64,000 nucleotides of DNA, taken from NCBI GenBank assembly GCA_000433755.1, contig FR891275.1:12721-76720 (forward strand). Reading direction: 5' to 3'. This document shows, piece by piece, positions 29,360 to 39,050 of this stretch. The translations under genes and the position numbers were made by a program. Numbering within the stretch: the stretch's first letter is position 1; every line of letters starts with the position of its first letter. Origin of the DNA: Clostridium sp. CAG:465 (lineage in GTDB: Bacteria > Bacillota > Clostridia > TANB77 > CAG-465). Below the pieces are notes generated by a model. It searched no databases. It was not told the origin of the DNA and worked only from the letters and a program-made list of their open reading frames with translations.

Positions 29360-29923
29360 ATGGAATTTACCCCATATAAAATTACAGAAACATTAGAATA
29401 TATGTTTTACCAAGTTCCAATGGAATTATTTTTTAATGCTAATTATAAAAATAATTTGTCATTAGAAGCTAAAATGCTATATGGACTTCTACTTAGTCAA
29501 TTAACTTTATCTATAAAAAATAATTGGCAAGATGAAAATGGAGATGTTTATATAATACTTACAAGAGAAAAAGTACAAAAAATGCTTAATATTTCTGATA
29601 AAACTGCTACTAAAGTTTTTAAGCAATTAAATAAATGCAAACTTATTTATGAAAATAAGCAAGGACAAACAAAACTTAATCTTATTTATGTTGGAAAAAT
29701 TAATCATGATGATACTATTCAAAATATGATTCGTAAAAATTTCGATTCTAGAGTCGGAAAAAATACGATTCATGACTCGGAAAATTTACGACCTAACTAT
29801 AATAATAAAAACTATAATAATAGAACTAAAAGCAATCGAAACAATTTTGAGCAAAGAGATTATCAAGAAGGAGCATTATATTATTTATATGCTAATAACT
29901 TGGAACAATTATATGATAATTAA
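29360..29923 (+). CDS. replication initiator A N-terminal-domain (RepA_N) protein, short form
   Basis: YKITETLEYMFYQVPMELF...LSLEAKMLYGLLLSQ...NNWQDENGDVYIILTREKVQKMLNISDKTATKVFKQL matches the RepA_N family. RBS GAAAGGAG. Confidence 0.65.
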   Translation: MEFTPYKITETLEYMFYQVPMELFFNANYKNNLSLEAKMLYGLLLSQLTLSIKNNWQDENGDVYIILTREKVQKMLNISDKTATKVFKQLNKCKLIYENKQGQTKLNLIYVGKINHDDTIQNMIRKNFDSRVGKNTIHDSENLRPNYNNKNYNNRTKSNRNNFEQRDYQEGALYYLYANNLEQLYDN

Positions 29924-30002
29924 GAAATTTTGCCTTTTTTAACAAATTTATTAATTTTTGTGGTATAATAACTTAATAATTTAAAACTAGGAGGATTAAA
30001 AA

Positions 30003-30581
30003 ATGTCTGTAAAAGAGGAAAATGAAATTACAATTAAGATAACTTGTTCAAATGAACAATTAATTAAACACTTAACAGATAAAGGATTTTGCGAGGGAAG
30101 AAAATTTACACTAGATGATTATTATTTAATTCCAAAAGATTTGAAATTAGATGATTTAACAACAAGAGATATTTTATCTAAAGCCGTAATAATTAGATAT
30201 ATTGTCGATGATGGCAAAATAATTCAAAAAATAACATTTAAAAAGAAAGACATTAATGGTAATGGTGAAATTTTGAGTCAAAAAGCAATTAATTGCGATG
30301 TATTGGACTATAAAGCAGGAATAAATTTATTTAATGAACTTGGATATTACCAAATTATGAACATTAAAGAAAGTGATATAATTTATTATAAAGATAAACT
30401 TGAATTAGCAATAAAATTCATTGAAAATAGTAATACTTTAATAGAAATTGAAACTGATGATAATTTTAAGACAATTGTTGAATTAAAACAATTGGTAACT
30501 GAATTAGAAATACCAATTGAAAAAGGTAATTATTTTGTAAAAAAAGCAGAAAATGAATTGAATAAAATTTTAAAAAGATAA
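30003..30581 (+). CDS. CYTH-like protein, paralog of the element-borne 5588..6199 gene
   Basis: 192 aa. EITIKIT N-terminal strand, DDYYL, IIRYIV...IIQKITFK, LIEIETDDNF. Alignable over its whole length with the other copy. Confidence 0.5.
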   Translation: MSVKEENEITIKITCSNEQLIKHLTDKGFCEGRKFTLDDYYLIPKDLKLDDLTTRDILSKAVIIRYIVDDGKIIQKITFKKKDINGNGEILSQKAINCDVLDYKAGINLFNELGYYQIMNIKESDIIYYKDKLELAIKFIENSNTLIEIETDDNFKTIVELKQLVTELEIPIEKGNYFVKKAENELNKILKR

Positions 30582-30749
30582 AAACAAATTATAAAAATGT
30601 TAGGCTTAGTAATATAAAGGAGATTATAATGTACAATAAAATTTGTATAATTGGTGTGTATATTTGTCAATGATGCTTGATTTTTCAATTTTTGCATTTT
30701 TATTGATTTTATAAAACCTTTTTGATAAAATAATAGAAAGATTTTTGTT

Positions 30750-31220
30750 ATGGAAGATATAAGTGTTATGTTAGATGGATATAAATTTAATTATAGAGTA
30801 GCTGCTATAATAAAAAAAGATGGTAAAATTTTGTTACATAAAAGTAAGAAAGATAATTTTTATGCGATACCGGGTGGACGTGTAAAAGTTGGAGAATCAT
30901 CTATTAAAACTTTAAAAAGAGAATTTATAGAAGAAATGGGAAAAGATATTAATGTTAAAGATTTTACTGGATTAGTTGAAAACTTTTTTGAATATAACGG
31001 AAAAAAATATCATGAGATAATGTTTCTTTTCAATGTGGAGTTTGTTGATAATGATTTATATAATGTTGAAAAAATTACAGGATTAGAGGAAAACGGTAAA
31101 ATAGAATTTATATGGAAAAATATTAATGAATTAAAAAAGCTAGATGTGAGACCTGTATTTTTAAAAGAAAAATTGTTAAAAACAGAGGAAATAGGTCATA
31201 TTATAAACAATAAGTTATAA
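30750..31220 (+). CDS. NUDIX hydrolase
   Basis: NUDIX box GGRVKVGESSIKTLKREFIEEMG. Confidence 0.8.
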   Translation: MEDISVMLDGYKFNYRVAAIIKKDGKILLHKSKKDNFYAIPGGRVKVGESSIKTLKREFIEEMGKDINVKDFTGLVENFFEYNGKKYHEIMFLFNVEFVDNDLYNVEKITGLEENGKIEFIWKNINELKKLDVRPVFLKEKLLKTEEIGHIINNKL

Positions 31221-31497
31221 TAAAATATGTATTTTTGTATTTTAATTAAATTAGAATTTTATTATTCAAAACATACATTAATTATTTTTTGAAAATACAC
31301 ATAATTCAAAAACTTTAACTGTTATTTTACAATGTTCTATAGAATAAACAGCGGCTTTATACCTAGTTATTCCCATTAATGACATTTTGCAACAAATACC
31401 ATTTTTGGATAATTTTTATTAATTATATATTTTCTTAGAAATTGATTATTTAAAAAAATGTTAAAGAAATAAAAAATATGTAAGGAGAGTGTATATT

Positions 31498-31953
31498 ATG
31501 AGAGCACCGTTTCAGGTTTTAGTTATACCATATAAAATAATAAATAACGAAATATTATATGGAATTTTTTTAAGATCAGATATGAAAGTTTGGCAAACAA
31601 TATCTGGAGGTGGCGAAGATGATGAATCACCAATAGAAGCAGCAAAAAGAGAAGCAAATGAAGAAGCCGGTATTGATTATAGTGCTAACTATATTAAGCT
31701 GGATTGCACTTGTACTATACCAGTCGAATTTATTACAGGAAAATTCACTTGGGGAAAAGATGTATATGTTTTAAATGAATATACTTTTGGGGTAGATGTA
31801 ACAGATAAAAACATTGTATTATCTGATGAGCATGACGATGTAAAATGGTTAACATATGATGAAGCTAAAAAGGTTTTAGAATGGGATAGTAATATAAGTG
31901 CTTTGTGGGAATTAAACAAGCGCTTGTTAAGAAAATTGGGAAAGGATCTTTAG
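31498..31953 (+). CDS. NUDIX hydrolase (second); ATG at 31498 follows RBS AAGGAGAG
   Basis: NUDIX box GGGEDDESPIEAAKREANEEAGI. Confidence 0.8.
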   Translation: MRAPFQVLVIPYKIINNEILYGIFLRSDMKVWQTISGGGEDDESPIEAAKREANEEAGIDYSANYIKLDCTCTIPVEFITGKFTWGKDVYVLNEYTFGVDVTDKNIVLSDEHDDVKWLTYDEAKKVLEWDSNISALWELNKRLLRKLGKDL

Positions 31954-32025
31954 CAACTAGTATGAGAAAAAAGCAAAAAGCTATAAAAATTTTGGCATGG
32001 TAATTTCAATATGACTTTACTATTA

Positions 32026-32065
32026 TATAAAAAAACATTCGCAATTACTTAAATAATCGCGAATG
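32026..32065. terminator. bidirectional rho-independent terminator between the NUDIX gene and rpsR
   Basis: Hairpin ACATTCGC...GCGAATGT flanked by A-run and T-run. Confidence 0.55.
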
Positions 32066-32071
32066 TATTTT

Positions 32072-32332
32072 TTATTTAACTGTGTATGGTAAAAGCGCAA
32101 TATGTCTTGCTCTTTGAATAGCATTTGTTACTTTTCTTTGGTGTTTAGCGCAAGTACCTGTTACTCTTCTAGGTAATATTTTACCTTTATCACTTACGTA
32201 TCTTTTTAATTTTTCTACGTCTTTATAATCAATTTCATCTATTTTATCTACGCAAAAATTACAAACCTTTTTTCTTGGTCTTCTATAAGGTTTATCATTT
32301 TTTGAATTTCTTCTATTTCTAGCGTCTGCCAT
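32072..32332 (-). CDS. rpsR: 30S ribosomal protein S18
   Basis: [11 protein letters not shown]...CNFC...; RBS AAAGGAGG before the ATG at 32332. The listed ORF begins at an upstream in-frame Met. Confidence 0.9.
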   Translation of the reverse strand: MADARNRRNSKNDKPYRRPRKKVCNFCVDKIDEIDYKDVEKLKRYVSDKGKILPRRVTGTCAKHQRKVTNAIQRARHIALLPYTVK

Positions 32333-32362
32333 TTTCAATTGTCCTCCTTTCAACAAATATAA

Positions 32363-32791
32363 CTAAAATGGTAATTCTTCTGTATCATCTATTGTTATGA
32401 ATTCACCATCATCTGTTGATGCAGGTGTTGAAGCATTATTTGCCATACCTGCATTTGACATGTCTGCATCTCTTCTAGAATCTGCAAAATATGCATTTTC
32501 TATAATATAATCAGTTGCATATCTTTTTTGACCACTTTGGTCTTCCCAAGTTCTATTTTGAATTCTACCCTCAACTAAAACTTGTTGTCCTTTTCTATAG
32601 TATTTAGAACAAAATTCTGCTAACTTTCCAAATGCTGTTAAATTAAAGAAATCTGCTTTTCTTTCACCATTTGCTTCTGCAAATCTTCTGTTTACAGCTA
32701 TTGAAAAAGTTGTAACTGGTGTATTAGTATTTTGAGTAAATCTTGATTCTGGGTCCCTTGTTAATCTCCCCATAAATTGAAATTTGTTCAT
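32363..32791 (-). CDS. ssb: single-stranded DNA-binding protein
   Basis: OB fold with an acidic C-terminal tail ending ...DDTEELPF. Confidence 0.9.
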   Translation of the reverse strand: MNKFQFMGRLTRDPESRFTQNTNTPVTTFSIAVNRRFAEANGERKADFFNLTAFGKLAEFCSKYYRKGQQVLVEGRIQNRTWEDQSGQKRYATDYIIENAYFADSRRDADMSNAGMANNASTPASTDDGEFITIDDTEELPF

Positions 32792-32825
32792 TAAATTTCC
32801 TCCTTGCGTACTTTATCAGTACAAA

Positions 32826-33110
32826 TTAGTTATCTTTTTTTATAACCATGTGTTTTAAAACTATATCTTCTAATCTTAGAATTCTTTCAAATTCAGATAT
32901 AAATTCTGGTTTAGCAACAAATGTAAATAGGATATAAACACCTTCAGTTTCTTTTTTTATAGGATAAGCTAATGTTTTTTTACCCCATTCATCTACATTT
33001 GTAAGTTCGCCATTTTTTGATATCATTTCTTTCATTTTTTCACCGAAAGCAACTGTTGCTTCCTCTTGTGCTTTTGCAGAAAGAATTATAACTGCTTCGT
33101 AATTATTCAT
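32826..33110 (-). CDS. rpsF: 30S ribosomal protein S6
   Basis: MNNYEAVIIL... typical S6; forms the rpsF-ssb-rpsR operon. Confidence 0.9.
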   Translation of the reverse strand: MNNYEAVIILSAKAQEEATVAFGEKMKEMISKNGELTNVDEWGKKTLAYPIKKETEGVYILFTFVAKPEFISEFERILRLEDIVLKHMVIKKDN

Positions 33111-33361
33111 GACTAAAACTCACCTCCTCTTGGACTTCTGACTCTACGACTTATGTAGAGTAAGGAAATTAACTAGAAGCATTATATCATACATTCTGCT
33201 TTTTAGCAACATTTTTTTCATAATTTAAAAAAATTACATTAATAATTAATTATATTTTGTGTTATACTATTATTGCATAAACATTGACTTTGTAACTGTT
33301 TAATTATATAATACATATACTGAGTATAAGAGAGCAAATATTTTTTCAGGAGGTGTAACTT

Positions 33362-33985
33362 ATGCAAATTGAAAAAATAAATAAAAATAAAGTAAAAATA
33401 ATATTAACTCTTGAAGAACTAGAAAAAAGAGACGTTAATATAAAGGATATAGAAAAAAATAATGAAATTGCAAAAGAATTATTTTGCGATTTAATAGAGG
33501 AGTCAAATATTGATGAAGAGTTCGAATTTGACAACTCACAACTATTAATTGAAGCAAGTTCAGATAATAATAATTTATTTATTGTAACAATAACTAAAGT
33601 AGATAATATGCCGGATTTAAAAAAGTATTCTTTATTAGAAAAAAATTCAAAAGGTAAGAATAGATCAACTAAAAATTCAATTGACTACAAGGTAGATAGC
33701 TATATATATTCTTTTGAGAGTATCGATAATATTTTAGAAATGTGTACAAAATCACAATCAGAACTTTTATTTTGGGGTAAAAATAGTCTTTATAAATATA
33801 ATGGTCTTTATTATGTTATTTTTGCTAAATCAAGTGTAAAAAACAAAAAATTCTTGAAGACTTTTATTTTCTTATCTGAATATTGCCAAAACTATTACTC
33901 TCAAGATATTTTCGCTACTGCTATAAAAGAAAAATCAAATCTTATTATTGAAAATAATGCATTACAAAAATTAAGTAAATTTTAA
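33362..33985 (+). CDS. mecA: adaptor protein MecA (ClpC adaptor / competence negative regulator)
   Basis: MQIEKINKNKVKIILTLEELEKR... N-terminus matches the MecA family (MEIERINE..TVK), 207 aa. Confidence 0.7.
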   Translation: MQIEKINKNKVKIILTLEELEKRDVNIKDIEKNNEIAKELFCDLIEESNIDEEFEFDNSQLLIEASSDNNNLFIVTITKVDNMPDLKKYSLLEKNSKGKNRSTKNSIDYKVDSYIYSFESIDNILEMCTKSQSELLFWGKNSLYKYNGLYYVIFAKSSVKNKKFLKTFIFLSEYCQNYYSQDIFATAIKEKSNLIIENNALQKLSKF

Positions 33986-34008
33986 AGGTAGTTTTTAACT
34001 ATCTTTTT

Positions 34009-34386
34009 TTACTGGAATTTTATAGGTTGTGTTCTCTTTGTATTACCTATTTTTATAATTTTAAAAGCAATAGATTCAACTTTTGATCTTAAATAATATA
34101 CATATGGAGTTAAATCTAAACATCCAACAATATTTGCAGATTTTAAATTTGATGTTAAAATTATTAAGTCACTATGTTTATATTCTTTAGTTTTAAAATT
34201 AAAACTATTTTTATATATAAATTCAAGATCATTAGATATTATAATATATAAATCAAATTTCTTGCAAGTTTGTGAAACAAAGTTTATTTCAAACCCCTTA
34301 TATTTATTTTTTTTAAGTTCACTTTTCAAATTTTTCCTAAGTTCTAACAATTCATTTTCTTTCTGGCATACTATTTTTAAATTCAT
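34009..34386 (-). CDS. hypothetical protein (125 aa)
   Basis: ORF cotranscribed with 34400..35011. Confidence 0.35.
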   Translation of the reverse strand: MNLKIVCQKENELLELRKNLKSELKKNKYKGFEINFVSQTCKKFDLYIIISNDLEFIYKNSFNFKTKEYKHSDLIILTSNLKSANIVGCLDLTPYVYYLRSKVESIAFKIIKIGNTKRTQPIKFQ

Positions 34387-34399
34387 ATATTCCCCCTTA

Positions 34400-35011
34400 C
34401 TAATTTATTATTGATATTTTAATTTTTTCTTTATCTTTCAAATTATTTATTGCCACAACCTTATCTCTTGGAGCATAAAGCATTATTTTGGATGCTTTAT
34501 TACTACAATGAATACTATTTGCATTATCATCAAACACATCAACAATCTGTACATTTTCTAAAACCATATTAGTTTGAATCTTATTGTCAAATTCCTGAGT
34601 AGAATATATATTAATAATTAAATTTTTACTTAATTTACTATTAGTAACTATATCATCCTTATTCAAATCTAAAGAAATTAGCTCCTTTTCTTTCATATAT
34701 TCGTACTCTTCCTTACTTATAAACATATCATTTGTAACAACTTGCCATTTAGTTAAATTTTTATTTAATAAAAAATTATCACTAAAATTATTTTTTATCA
34801 TATTTATATCTTCATTATAACTTTTCTTTAATATTTTAATTTTAATAACATCATTATTAGAGACACTATTTCCTCTTAAAATATCTTTATTTAAAACATA
34901 CGCATCTATATAATTATTTCTTATTATGATATTTTTATATATAACATATGTAATAATATAACAAAAGAAAAAAACTGATATAAAAGCAATTAAAAGCTTT
35001 ATTCTTCTCAT
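34400..35011 (-). CDS. membrane-anchored protein with possible SAF/CpaB-like domain
   Basis: N-terminal TM helix and a YVLNKDILRGNSVSNNDV segment resembling the CpaB SAF domain. No other pilus-assembly genes nearby. Confidence 0.35.
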   Translation of the reverse strand: MRRIKLLIAFISVFFFCYIITYVIYKNIIIRNNYIDAYVLNKDILRGNSVSNNDVIKIKILKKSYNEDINMIKNNFSDNFLLNKNLTKWQVVTNDMFISKEEYEYMKEKELISLDLNKDDIVTNSKLSKNLIINIYSTQEFDNKIQTNMVLENVQIVDVFDDNANSIHCSNKASKIMLYAPRDKVVAINNLKDKEKIKISIIN

Positions 35012-35363
35012 CTATAAAACAAAAGTCCTCCTTTCATTCATAATAAATTTAAAATGGATATAAAATAGTAAAATATTTAAGAAAAAATTTTCTTAGATTT
35101 TAAATTAATAAGTATTAAAGAAAAAATGTTTAAAGATACAAAAAATGAAAAAATAAATATTATTATATCATGTATTTTATCACCTCCCTTAAAAAGAATA
35201 TACCACTCATTTATGCTAAAGTCAAGAAAATTTCATCGCATATTATGACACAAAATTTATAAATTTAAAAATCAACAACTACATATAAAATTTTATCATA
35301 TTTTGTCGTTTTTTATTGAATAATTTACTACATTTTGATATACTCTAAATACTAGGTGATATT

Positions 35364-36374
35364 ATGAATCAAGACAATAAAAGATCAAAGATATTAATTA
35401 TAGATGACGATGTAAACATGATGGAAATGCTTTCCATAGTTCTAAAAAAATATAACTGTGATGTATCAATTTACACAGAACCTGTATCTGCAATAGAAGA
35501 ATTAAAGTCAAATGAATACGATATACTTCTACTTAATTTCTTAATGTCTCCAGTTAATGGAGATAGAATTGTAAAATTAGTTCGTGAATTTAATAAAGAA
35601 ATATATATCATTCTAATGTCAACTCATTCTGACCTTGCTCCATCTATTGAGTTAATGCAAAAATTAGAAATACAAGCATACTTTGAAAAAAGTTCAAGGT
35701 TTGATGAATTAATTATGCTAATACAAGGTGGCTTAAAATACTTAGAACAAGTTGAAAAAATTAAAAACTACAGCTTAAGATTAGAAAATTCATTAATTGA
35801 TTTTGCAAAAATATTATTAAATACTATTGGTGCTAAAGATCATTATACAGAAGAACACTCAAAAAGGGTTTCTTTATTTGCGGAAAAATTTGGAAAATAT
35901 ATAGGATTATCTGACAATGATATAATAAAATTAAAAAGAGCTGGACTTTTTCATGATATTGGGAAAATAGGAATTACAGATTCTATTCTTTTAAAAGAAG
36001 GAAAACTTACAGATCAAGAATATGAAATTATAAAATCTCATCCTATAATTGGAGCAAATATTTTTGAGTCTTCTTCATTATTTAAAGATATTGCTCAAAT
36101 TATTTTATCACATCATGAAAGAATTGATGGAACAGGCTATCCAAATAAATTAAGTGGAGATGAAATTCCATTTCTTGCTAAAGTTCTAACATTATGTGAC
36201 TGTTTTGATGCAATTGTTTCAAAAAGGCCATATAAGAATGAAACTACAGTGGAAATTGGAATTGATCAAATAAAGAAAGGTATTAATACACAATTTGATA
36301 AAGAACTTGCAAATAAATTTATTAAATTTGTAAAAAGTAACCGTATTACAATCGATGAAATATTAAAAATATAG
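35364..36374 (+). CDS. response regulator with HD-GYP domain (c-di-GMP phosphodiesterase, RpfG-like)
   Basis: Receiver domain (ILIIDDD...) plus HD-GYP motifs HDIGK and HHERIDGTGYP. Confidence 0.85.
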   Translation: MNQDNKRSKILIIDDDVNMMEMLSIVLKKYNCDVSIYTEPVSAIEELKSNEYDILLLNFLMSPVNGDRIVKLVREFNKEIYIILMSTHSDLAPSIELMQKLEIQAYFEKSSRFDELIMLIQGGLKYLEQVEKIKNYSLRLENSLIDFAKILLNTIGAKDHYTEEHSKRVSLFAEKFGKYIGLSDNDIIKLKRAGLFHDIGKIGITDSILLKEGKLTDQEYEIIKSHPIIGANIFESSSLFKDIAQIILSHHERIDGTGYPNKLSGDEIPFLAKVLTLCDCFDAIVSKRPYKNETTVEIGIDQIKKGINTQFDKELANKFIKFVKSNRITIDEILKI

Positions 36375-36400
36375 CATACTTTATATTAGTATGCTATTTT

Positions 36401-37033
36401 TTATTCAATATACATTGCCAAAGGTTTTACAACTTTTTTTGAATTTTCTAGGCAATTTATAATATAACCAACAACATTTATTTTACAAGACATACTACTT
36501 AATAAATTTATATCAGCATGAAGTTTTTCTTTATCATACCATATACATGTATCATCAATTCTAAAAAAGCCATCCTTTTCAAAGCTATTATTTTCTTTTA
36601 CATTTTCATCTCTTGTTTCATAGATAGTAATAAAACCTGAACCTTCGTATAATCTATTATTGATATCTCTATTTTTCATTTGTTCTACCTTTATTATTAA
36701 TTTATGATAAAAGCCAATATTTTTCATATCGCTTATATCAGATATATTTATATATTTTCTTTCTGTTTGAATATTACAAGACACACCTTTATCCATTCCA
36801 AATCTTATTTTTTCACTATTAAAGCTTCCCTCTTTATTTTTGCTTTTTTCAGTATCCTTAAATATCTCACAATTATTTCCATTCTCGATACAAGGATCAA
36901 CCACAAGTTTATTGTTATTAGAATAACTTTTTATAACAGAATATTCAATTACATCTATATCAAAATCAAGTTCTCCTATTGAACCAAGTATAGTTCTTAA
37001 AAAAGGCTTATCTAAATATATATAGTATCTCAT
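36401..37033 (-). CDS. hypothetical soluble protein (210 aa) downstream of comEA
   Basis: ORF only. Confidence 0.35.
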   Translation of the reverse strand: MRYYIYLDKPFLRTILGSIGELDFDIDVIEYSVIKSYSNNNKLVVDPCIENGNNCEIFKDTEKSKNKEGSFNSEKIRFGMDKGVSCNIQTERKYINISDISDMKNIGFYHKLIIKVEQMKNRDINNRLYEGSGFITIYETRDENVKENNSFEKDGFFRIDDTCIWYDKEKLHADINLLSSMSCKINVVGYIINCLENSKKVVKPLAMYIE

Positions 37034-37061
37034 ATTTTCACCTATTACAGTATATGAGGTC

Positions 37062-37643
37062 TTAAACGCATATATAATCTTTTATATTATTAAACTTTGC
37101 TTCTCCAATTCCTGGTACATTCATTATATCCTCTATCTCCTTAAATTTATTTTTATTTCTATAATTTATTATTTTATTTGCCGTTGCTTCACCTATACCA
37201 TTTAAACTTGTTAGTTCATCTTTTGTAGCTGTATTAATATTTATTTTTTCCTGTACATTTATATCACTTTCATTAGTATCTTCAATACTCTCCGTATTTA
37301 AATTTTCTTCCTTTTTAGGAATAATAATTTTATCTGAATCATTTAATTTTTGAGCTGGATTAATTTTAGATACATCAGCCTCTTCAGTAATTCCTCCACA
37401 AATATTAATTAAATCAGTTATTCTAGAGTCTTTTTTTAAATAATACACTCCTGTATTTTTTACTTCTCCTGAAATATACACACCTATTCTATCATCATTT
37501 TTTGAAATATTGGATGAATTTACAGAAAAACTTGCTTTTCTTTCATTATCTTGAATATATATTGATATACCAGATATTATAAATATACATATAAATACAA
37601 TTTGAATTTTATATTTCAGTATAAATTTTATTATTTTTGACAT
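37062..37643 (-). CDS. comEA: competence protein ComEA (SLBB + helix-hairpin-helix DNA receptor)
   Basis: N-terminal TM helix and C-terminal tandem HhH ...LNGIGEATANKI...VPGIGEAKFNNI. Confidence 0.8.
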   Translation of the reverse strand: MSKIIKFILKYKIQIVFICIFIISGISIYIQDNERKASFSVNSSNISKNDDRIGVYISGEVKNTGVYYLKKDSRITDLINICGGITEEADVSKINPAQKLNDSDKIIIPKKEENLNTESIEDTNESDINVQEKININTATKDELTSLNGIGEATANKIINYRNKNKFKEIEDIMNVPGIGEAKFNNIKDYICV

Positions 37644-37700
37644 GCAATCGCCTCCTTTTTATTTATTTTTTTTAAATTATAATATATAATATTAATTAGT

Positions 37701-38984
37701 TTGAGGTGTAAAATGAATATTAAAAAATTTAGAAAAAAGATGATCCTTATATTTTCTTTACTATTTATATATTTTTATACTTGCAATATAGCATATGCAG
37801 ATACTATTCCAGAAAATAATCCAAGATTATACTGTAATAACAATATCTTAATGGATGCAGAATCAGGAAATATATTATATGAAAAAAATGGGTACGCTAA
37901 AATTTATCCTGCAAGTACTACAAAAGTATTAACCGCTATATTAGTTTTAGAAAATTTACCATTAGATGAAAAAATTGTTGCATCTAAAAATGCTATAAAT
38001 TCTGTTCCACTTGAAAGTTCAGTAATGGGAATAAAAAAAGAAGAAATTTTTTCCGTCGAAAATCTATTATATGGTTTACTTTTATCATCTGGAAATGACG
38101 CAGCAATTGTTCTTGCTGAAGCAGTAAGCGGTAATGTTAATGACTTTGTAACTTTGATGAATACAAAAGCAAAAGAAATTGGTTGTCTTAATACACATTT
38201 TTCAAATCCACACGGATTTTATGATGATAATCACTATTCCACTCCATACGACATGGCTTTAATATTAAAGTATGCTATGAAATTTGATGAATTTAAAAAA
38301 ATAGTTGAATCTAAATCATTCGAATTACCTAGTACAAACAAAACTCCAAATACAAGAATAATAAAAAATACAAATAAATTAATTGATGAAAATTCTAATA
38401 CATTCTATAAATATGCTTTAGGTGGTAAAACTGGATACACTATAGAATCAAGAGGAACGTATATTGGTTATTCAAAAAATGGTAATAAAATTTTAATAGT
38501 TGGTAATTTTGATGGCTCACAAAATATAAATGGGAAAAATGCAAGATTTCTTGATGCAATTAGTTTATGTGATTATGGATTTTTTAATTTTGATAAAGAG
38601 AAAATAGTTACAAAAGATACTTTTAATTTTTCATTTATAGATAAAAATACTAATACAAAGTCATCTATTTCTCTTAAAGATGATATTTATTCACTGACAA
38701 GGAAAAACAACTATATTACTATTACGCCGACACTAAATTTATCAGATACAAATAATATTAAAATCAATTTAAAAATAAAAGGAAATAATTTAGATATAAA
38801 TAACACTTATGACTCAATTTGTTCTTCTTCAAATTATTTTTCTTTAAAAAATATTTTAAGCGAAAACTTCTCATACATAATACTTAGTATTTTAATAATT
38901 ATATTATACATATTAATTAAAAAACTAAGAATAAATAATAAAACAATAAAGAATAAATATAACAATAGAACAAAAGTTAAATAA
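37701..38984 (+). CDS. D-alanyl-D-alanine carboxypeptidase (PBP5/DacB-like, S11) with C-terminal membrane anchor
   Basis: STTK (SxxK), SGND (SxN) and KTGYT (KTG) motifs. Probable ATG about 12 nt inside the listed TTG-start ORF. Confidence 0.85.
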   Translation: MRCKMNIKKFRKKMILIFSLLFIYFYTCNIAYADTIPENNPRLYCNNNILMDAESGNILYEKNGYAKIYPASTTKVLTAILVLENLPLDEKIVASKNAINSVPLESSVMGIKKEEIFSVENLLYGLLLSSGNDAAIVLAEAVSGNVNDFVTLMNTKAKEIGCLNTHFSNPHGFYDDNHYSTPYDMALILKYAMKFDEFKKIVESKSFELPSTNKTPNTRIIKNTNKLIDENSNTFYKYALGGKTGYTIESRGTYIGYSKNGNKILIVGNFDGSQNINGKNARFLDAISLCDYGFFNFDKEKIVTKDTFNFSFIDKNTNTKSSISLKDDIYSLTRKNNYITITPTLNLSDTNNIKINLKIKGNNLDINNTYDSICSSSNYFSLKNILSENFSYIILSILIIILYILIKKLRINNKTIKNKYNNRTKVK

Positions 38985-39008
38985 ATATATATATATATAT
39001 ATATATAT
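38985..39008. repeat. (AT)12 dinucleotide microsatellite
   Basis: 24 nt of uninterrupted alternating AT. Confidence 0.8.
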
Positions 39009-39010
39009 TA

Positions 39011-39043
39011 TTCAGTCTGCCATTAATAGTCTAGCAGACTGAA
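39011..39043. terminator. bidirectional terminator hairpin between convergent dac-like and LCP genes
   Basis: Stem TTCAGTCTGC / GCAGACTGAA with a 13-nt loop, flanked by AT-rich runs. Confidence 0.55.
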
Positions 39044-39050
39044 TATATTT

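Noticed and set aside
29098-29379. 93-aa ORF upstream of the RepA_N gene
   Set aside because: It is made of the iteron repeats (translated FWKI/FLEN repeats) and has no RBS, so it is non-coding origin or operator DNA.
32333-32356. Upstream extension of rpsR (MLKGGQLK)
   Set aside because: The extension is the RBS region (AAAGGAGG translated in frame). The true start is the ATG at 32332.
38985-39008. Possible CRISPR or other array
   Set aside because: It is only a dinucleotide microsatellite. No spaced direct repeats of 24-40 bp were seen anywhere in the window.
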